Shown in pieces: positions 60,321 through 64,000 of a DNA stretch of 64,000 bases. Each line of letters starts with the position of its first letter. Within the stretch, counting starts at the first letter, position 1. The notes beneath the pieces are model-generated. The model had not been told where the DNA came from. It saw only the letters and a list, made by a program, of their open reading frames with translations, and made no database searches. The position numbers and the translations under genes were made by a program. This DNA comes from a virus (Duplodnaviria; Caudoviricetes): IMG/VR virus record IMGVR_UViG_3300033121_001357, positions 1 through 64,000 of that record. The stretch is one strand, 5' to 3'.

Positions 60321-61154
60321 TTACTTCCCCGCAATCTTTGCTTCGATTTGCTGTAGCTTCTGACGTAGATCCGCTTGTAGATTCGCAGCATCTACCTTGT
60401 TTGTCTCGTTAAGAGCAGCCTCTCTCTTGTACTGGTCGTATCTTGTAGCTACGAGGTTCTTACGAAGTCTTTCCTTTCTAGTGTAGATCTTCTCCTTAAC
60501 CTTCATAGCATCAGCAACATCCTTTACATGTTGCTCTCTTTCACCATTCTCATCATATACGACAGCAACAATCTTATCCTCAGTAAGGTCCTGATACTTT
60601 GCTGCCAATACTGCGTTCATTCGGTGCTCTAGTACCTCACACTCAGCAAGCTCTAAGATCACTCTTTGATCTGTATAGTTACCGGGATCGTCTGTAACAC
60701 CAAACTCTTCCGCATATCTAGCTACCCATTCAAATAGTAACTCTGTCTCTACAGGACAAGTTCTACCAATTGGGACCACGTTCCTCTGTTCACCTTCAGC
60801 ATCTAGTTGCTTTTGTAGTTGTACAAAGGGGCAAGAGGCTGCCATAGGACAGACACTCCCTCCATAACAGATCAGGGGAGTAGAGGAGGTGGCTCCAATC
60901 TTCATTCTGTTCTGTGCTGCGTGAATCTGGCGGGCCTCTTCAGGAGTAAGAAGAATATCGGCATACTTGGCAGGATTGAGATTCAATCCCTTAAACCAAT
61001 TATGCCTTACAAGCTTCCCTTCTGTAGTGATAGCAGTTCCATCAAACTTAACCAGAGCAATCTTCTCACCATGGTTCTTATCAATCTTCGCTATCTGCTG
61101 TGTTGCCGGAGTTCCATCCTCATCAACAGCAACTATAAAGTCTTCTCTTTGCAT
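60321..61154 (-). CDS. Cys-rich hypothetical protein, possible terminase small subunit (about 277 aa; start reassigned to MQREDF)
   Basis: AAGGAG precedes ATG 61154; C.G...CP...CP...G..CP.E cluster then long helices. The TerS suggestion rests on position and size only. Confidence 0.4.
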   Translation of the reverse strand: MQREDFIVAVDEDGTPATQQIAKIDKNHGEKIALVKFDGTAITTEGKLVRHNWFKGLNLNPAKYADILLTPEEARQIHAAQNRMKIGATSSTPLICYGGSVCPMAASCPFVQLQKQLDAEGEQRNVVPIGRTCPVETELLFEWVARYAEEFGVTDDPGNYTDQRVILELAECEVLEHRMNAVLAAKYQDLTEDKIVAVVYDENGEREQHVKDVADAMKVKEKIYTRKERLRKNLVATRYDQYKREAALNETNKVDAANLQADLRQKLQQIEAKIAGK

Positions 61155-61462
61155 AGCTCCTTCTCTACCTCTTGGACAAGCTCCTTCACCGCATCCCAAC
61201 GATCACCCCTGTTCGTAAGAGAATCCAATAAGGCTCTCTGTACATACTTACAGTCCATAACGTCTTGATGCTCAGTAGCATTAGCCAATCCAAAGATCCT
61301 TTGTACGTATACTCCATTCTCTCCAAGAGCTGTTCTTAACATCTCCAGTAGAGCAATTACCTTAAGAGTCGTATCCAAAGAAACTCCAAGCTTCTCTTGG
61401 CAGAGCTTGTCAAACTCTCTTCTAACTTCTGTCATATTTGTCGTCTCCAGAAAGGACATCAA
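61133..61462 (-). CDS. Hypothetical protein (about 100-109 aa)
   Basis: Coding-strand ORF overlapping the next gene; start uncertain. Confidence 0.5.
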   Translation of the reverse strand: MMSFLETTNMTEVRREFDKLCQEKLGVSLDTTLKVIALLEMLRTALGENGVYVQRIFGLANATEHQDVMDCKYVQRALLDSLTNRGDRWDAVKELVQEVEKELCKEKTL

Positions 61463-61478
61463 AGGAGACTAGAGTATA

Positions 61479-61946
61479 TCACTGTTGTGGCTGTGAGGAT
61501 GCAGTAATGGCTGGCTTTTCTGGAAGAGTGGCGGCATGTGGTTTAGCGAGGTTGAATAGAAACGAAACAATAGCAGCTAATATAATGGTGCTAACAGCAC
61601 CAATAATGGTCCACTTGCCCAGAAAGGTGCTCTGAGCAATCTCAATATCTCTGATCCTTTTCTCCTTATCCTTATTTTCAGCCTTCAGATTTTCTACATC
61701 TACGCTAAGTGTGATCACCTTGTTAGGTTCAATGGAGGCAATCTTTGTTTGAATTGCAGAGATTTCTGCCTTAATTGATCCAAGTGCTTCATTTAACTTG
61801 GTGTCTATGTCTGATCTCAATTCAAGGATTTCGTTTCTGAAATCAACAAGATTGGAGAATGACTTCTCTTGTGCGGCGCCCTGTCTTTTCAGTTCCTCTA
61901 GAACATACTTAGACCACTCTGGCCACCCGTTCTGGTTTTCGCTCAT
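61479..61946 (-). CDS. Coiled-coil protein with C-terminal transmembrane helix (XhlA/holin-like architecture, 155 aa)
   Basis: SD GGAG; heptad region followed by WTIIGAVSTIILAAIVSFLF; first gene of the minus-strand block. Confidence 0.55.
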   Translation of the reverse strand: MSENQNGWPEWSKYVLEELKRQGAAQEKSFSNLVDFRNEILELRSDIDTKLNEALGSIKAEISAIQTKIASIEPNKVITLSVDVENLKAENKDKEKRIRDIEIAQSTFLGKWTIIGAVSTIILAAIVSFLFNLAKPHAATLPEKPAITASSQPQQ

Positions 61947-62171
61947 TTTTCGTTCTCCAACTTAAAAGGTAGTACCCGTTTCCCTCCGAATAAGGTCAAT
62001 AACCAATAAGACCTTAGGTTAAAACCTATTGTAAGTAGAAGGGTGCTGGAAATAAAGGGGAATAGAATTCCTCGTGTGAGAGACCCGTTCGTGAACTCAC
62101 ACGTTCATTCTTCGTTAAAACTTGAATGAACCTGAAAATAAATACCGAATTTTACATCTGCTAAGTCTTCC

Positions 62172-62362
62172 CGCGTGAGGACCTGAAATTGCTGAAAAAA
62201 TATGGAGCTACCTAGCTTCATATGAGCATTAGCGAAATATGAAGGTGTGAGCTTTTGCGAACAGTGAGTTCCTAAAAAGTAAGAGCGAATACATCAAGTT
62301 GCAGTTCTCGCATCCTCTCGCGTAAGACCTCGAAATTGCTAAAAAAATATGGAGCTACCTAG
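62172..62362. repeat. Imperfect 44-bp direct repeat, 2 copies 147 bp apart
   Basis: 62172-62215 CGCGTGAGGACCTGAAATTGCTGAAAAAATATGGAGCTACCTAG and 62319-62362 CGCGTAAGACCTCGAAATTGCTAAAAAAATATGGAGCTACCTAG. Confidence 0.9.
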
Positions 62363-62520
62363 TGAGTTCTGTCGACACTCAAGGGACCCGTAGTTGCGAG
62401 CCCCCGGGGGTCGGATATAGGACTCATGGTGTGGTGGTCAGGCGCCACGTTAAACAAACCTGACTGGTGCATTCAGTCCACTGGCCAATAATTAGTGGAC
62501 ATTGAAGCAAGGAGATAGCC

Positions 62521-62832
62521 ATGCTGTCCAACGATTTCTTCCGTTTCATCTTCATCGAGCGTAGTACTCACTCCCGCACGGCAATGCTGGAGATGCTGGA
62601 CGCGCTGTACAACTACTACCCCGAGGGCCGGGAGGAGAACGCGGCCATTCTCACTCTCAGTCTCGACTGCATCAACGCGTGCGAGGGCGAGAGTGAGAAT
62701 GAGAAGGACCTCCTCCGCCGCAGGGCCGAGGCCCGGGCCGCGAAGTTCGATCAGAACTTCTTGCAGGATGAGATGCGGGAGCTGGCTGACCTCCGAATCG
62801 CCAAGGAGGCAGAGGAGGCTCAGGACTGGTAA
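62521..62832 (+). CDS. Hypothetical protein (103 aa), first gene of the GC-rich plus-strand block
   Basis: SD AAGGAG; strong GC3 bias; acidic and helical. Confidence 0.75.
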   Translation: MLSNDFFRFIFIERSTHSRTAMLEMLDALYNYYPEGREENAAILTLSLDCINACEGESENEKDLLRRRAEARAAKFDQNFLQDEMRELADLRIAKEAEEAQDW

Positions 62833-62869
62833 GATCCGAGCTTCTTCGCTTCTCTTCCTACAGCCCTCT

Positions 62870-63037
62870 AGCAGAACGGGCATCACAATAGTTCTGCTCT
62901 CCACTTATACCTATCAGCATCACAACTAAAGTGGTGTTGGTAGATATAAGGGTGCAAGGAAGCCCACTGTGGATGGTCCATAGTGGGTACGGTTACCTGT
63001 CCACTGGGTAGTGGACACGGGCCCTATTGTATAGGGC
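62870..63037 (+). other. Array of five tandem stem-loops in an intergenic region
   Basis: Hairpins at 62870-62898, 62904-62950, 62963-62987, 62998-63017 and 63021-63037; most stem mismatches read as G:U on the plus strand. Confidence 0.7.
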
Positions 63038-63050
63038 ATGGGGCAGGTAG

Positions 63051-63263
63051 ATGCTGTTCTTGATCTCGTGGCTGCTGAAGGCGAAGTTGCAGTTCTGGAT
63101 GCGGTGGGGGAAGTGGACGGCCCGGGGTCTCCTGGGCGCGTACGCGTATATGTACTGCACCAGGTCGGGGGCGATGTTCGTCCCCGTGATCCTGGCGGCC
63201 GTCCTCGTCCTCGCTGTCCGGGAGCGGCGTACGCCGCTCCCCAAGCGGCGACGATTGAACTAG
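63051..63263 (+). CDS. Small membrane protein (70 aa)
   Basis: GC3-biased frame; hydrophobic AMFVPVILAAVLVLAV then a basic tail; bounded by hairpin arrays. Confidence 0.55.
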   Translation: MLFLISWLLKAKLQFWMRWGKWTARGLLGAYAYMYCTRSGAMFVPVILAAVLVLAVRERRTPLPKRRRLN

Positions 63264-63269
63264 GTGATG

Positions 63270-63414
63270 GGTGTCGAGGACTTCGGTCCTCGACATTAAA
63301 CCACAGCCCCCGTCCAAAGTCGTGGGGCACAGGTGTGCAGAAGCCATCGTCACATAGTGTGGTCGGTGGCACATTCATCGTCTGGCTACGGTCAGACAAT
63401 CGCCCTTAGGGGCA
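63270..63414 (+). other. Second intergenic stem-loop array with UNCG tetraloops
   Basis: TGTCGAGGAC-TTCG-GTCCTCGACA (63272-63295), GTCTGGC-TACG-GTCAGAC (63380-63397), plus weaker stems at about 63306-63328, 63343-63370 and 63402-63414. Confidence 0.7.
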
Positions 63415-63427
63415 GAAAGGCAGCATC

Positions 63428-64000
63428 ATGCTGCGCATCATCTCTCTCTCCCTCGTCCTGTTCGGCGTGTTCGGCGCGTGGCTCGGGATGCTGATGGACA
63501 CGGCGGCCATCGCGACCGCCACCACCAGCAGCATCGCCACCCACCCCTCGTTCGCCGGCATCTCCTGGATCGGCATCGCGGTCATGATCGTCGGCATGCT
63601 CCTCGGGCGCCTGTCCGGCCTCGTCGCCCACCGCGGCAACGTCTCCGCCATCGTCGTGTCCGAGGAGCTCTTCAACCAGGTCGCGGACTTCTGCGACGTG
63701 GAGGTCCGTGACCTCGAGGAGAGCCCGGTGCGGTCCCTGGATGCCGAGGGCATCGAGCAGATCGCGAGCCTCCAGATGAACATTCGGGAGGTGATCGCTC
63801 GCCTCCCGAAGCCGGCCGATCTGGCCGGTGCCGAGGCCTTCCGCGCCTACAACAAGGCGCAGCGTGAGATGGCGAGCCCGATCGCCACGATCGCCCGCAT
63901 CGCTCGCCGTGAGGCGTTCGATGCCCACATCCAGTACCGGCGGGCGCTCCGGGGGACGGTCGGCTTCCCGATGCTCCAGTGCACCCCGTCCTGCCGGGAC
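63428..64000 (+). CDS. Membrane protein with two N-terminal hydrophobic helices (partial, at least 191 aa; not in the ORF track)
   Basis: AGAAAGG then ATG 63428: MLRIISLSLVLFGVFGAWLGMLMD...FAGISWIGIAVMIVGMLLG...; open to the window end; nearly all third positions G/C. Confidence 0.75.
   Translation, partial: MLRIISLSLVLFGVFGAWLGMLMDTAAIATATTSSIATHPSFAGISWIGIAVMIVGMLLGRLSGLVAHRGNVSAIVVSEELFNQVADFCDVEVRDLEESPVRSLDAEGIEQIASLQMNIREVIARLPKPADLAGAEAFRAYNKAQREMASPIATIARIARREAFDAHIQYRRALRGTVGFPMLQCTPSCRD

Noticed and set aside
52-61635. The many short plus-strand ORFs and alternative-frame minus-strand ORFs in the track
   Set aside because: They lie antisense to or nested within long, tightly coupled minus-strand genes, and I recognised no motifs in them; treated as shadow ORFs.
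36139-62010. TTATTGGT-like word upstream of 36138 and 61946 as a late promoter
   Set aside because: Only two or three loose matches at inconsistent distances from start codons; not supportable without a motif search.
62172-62362. CRISPR array
   Set aside because: Only two imperfect 44-bp copies with a 103-bp gap, and no cas genes in the window.
62833-63427. tRNA genes in the hairpin-rich spacers
   Set aside because: No T-arm GTTCRA motif or cloverleaf spacing found by eye.
62473-63928. Minus-strand and alternative-frame ORFs in the GC-rich block (e.g. 62473-62904, 62926-63399, 63392-63928)
   Set aside because: Expected artefacts of high GC3. The plus-strand frames at 62521, 63051 and 63428 have the better codon bias, and those at 62521 and 63428 also have SD-like sites.

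Overview
This window is the virion-morphogenesis region of a large contractile-tailed (myovirus-like, probably jumbo) bacteriophage. From about 61950 down to 1, genes run on the minus strand and are tightly coupled, often through TAATG/ATGA overlaps. The order is: a Gly-rich putative ejection-protein cluster with a modular nuclease/protease protein, a degenerate GIY-YIG gene and an HNH gene; large terminase; portal (MuF-like C-terminus); prohead protease/scaffold; decoration protein; major capsid; Ig-like and neck proteins; sheath; three tube paralogues; tail chaperones; a tape-measure-like protein; a 1815-aa protein; a baseplate hub with an M23 peptidase; baseplate wedges; and the start of a fibre. 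Three observations stand out. (1) The 1815-aa protein in the tape-measure locus carries, in the correct order, the catalytic motifs of both barrels of a two-barrel RNA polymerase (HEDE, GDK..K, SGSSR, SRDPP, DFDDD), making it a candidate single-chain virion RNAP. (2) The 1279-aa protein strings together a DEDDh exonuclease, an HExxH zincin and an SNase nuclease, separated by four copies of an 'N-x-I-x-GM...FGS(G/P)(W/Y)' linker. (3) At about 62400 both strand and GC content switch, after a 44-bp direct repeat and a CCCCCGGGGG palindrome, into GC-rich plus-strand genes separated by hairpin arrays; this may be the genome end and early region served by that RNAP. All calls come from reading motifs and gene order; no database searches were run.
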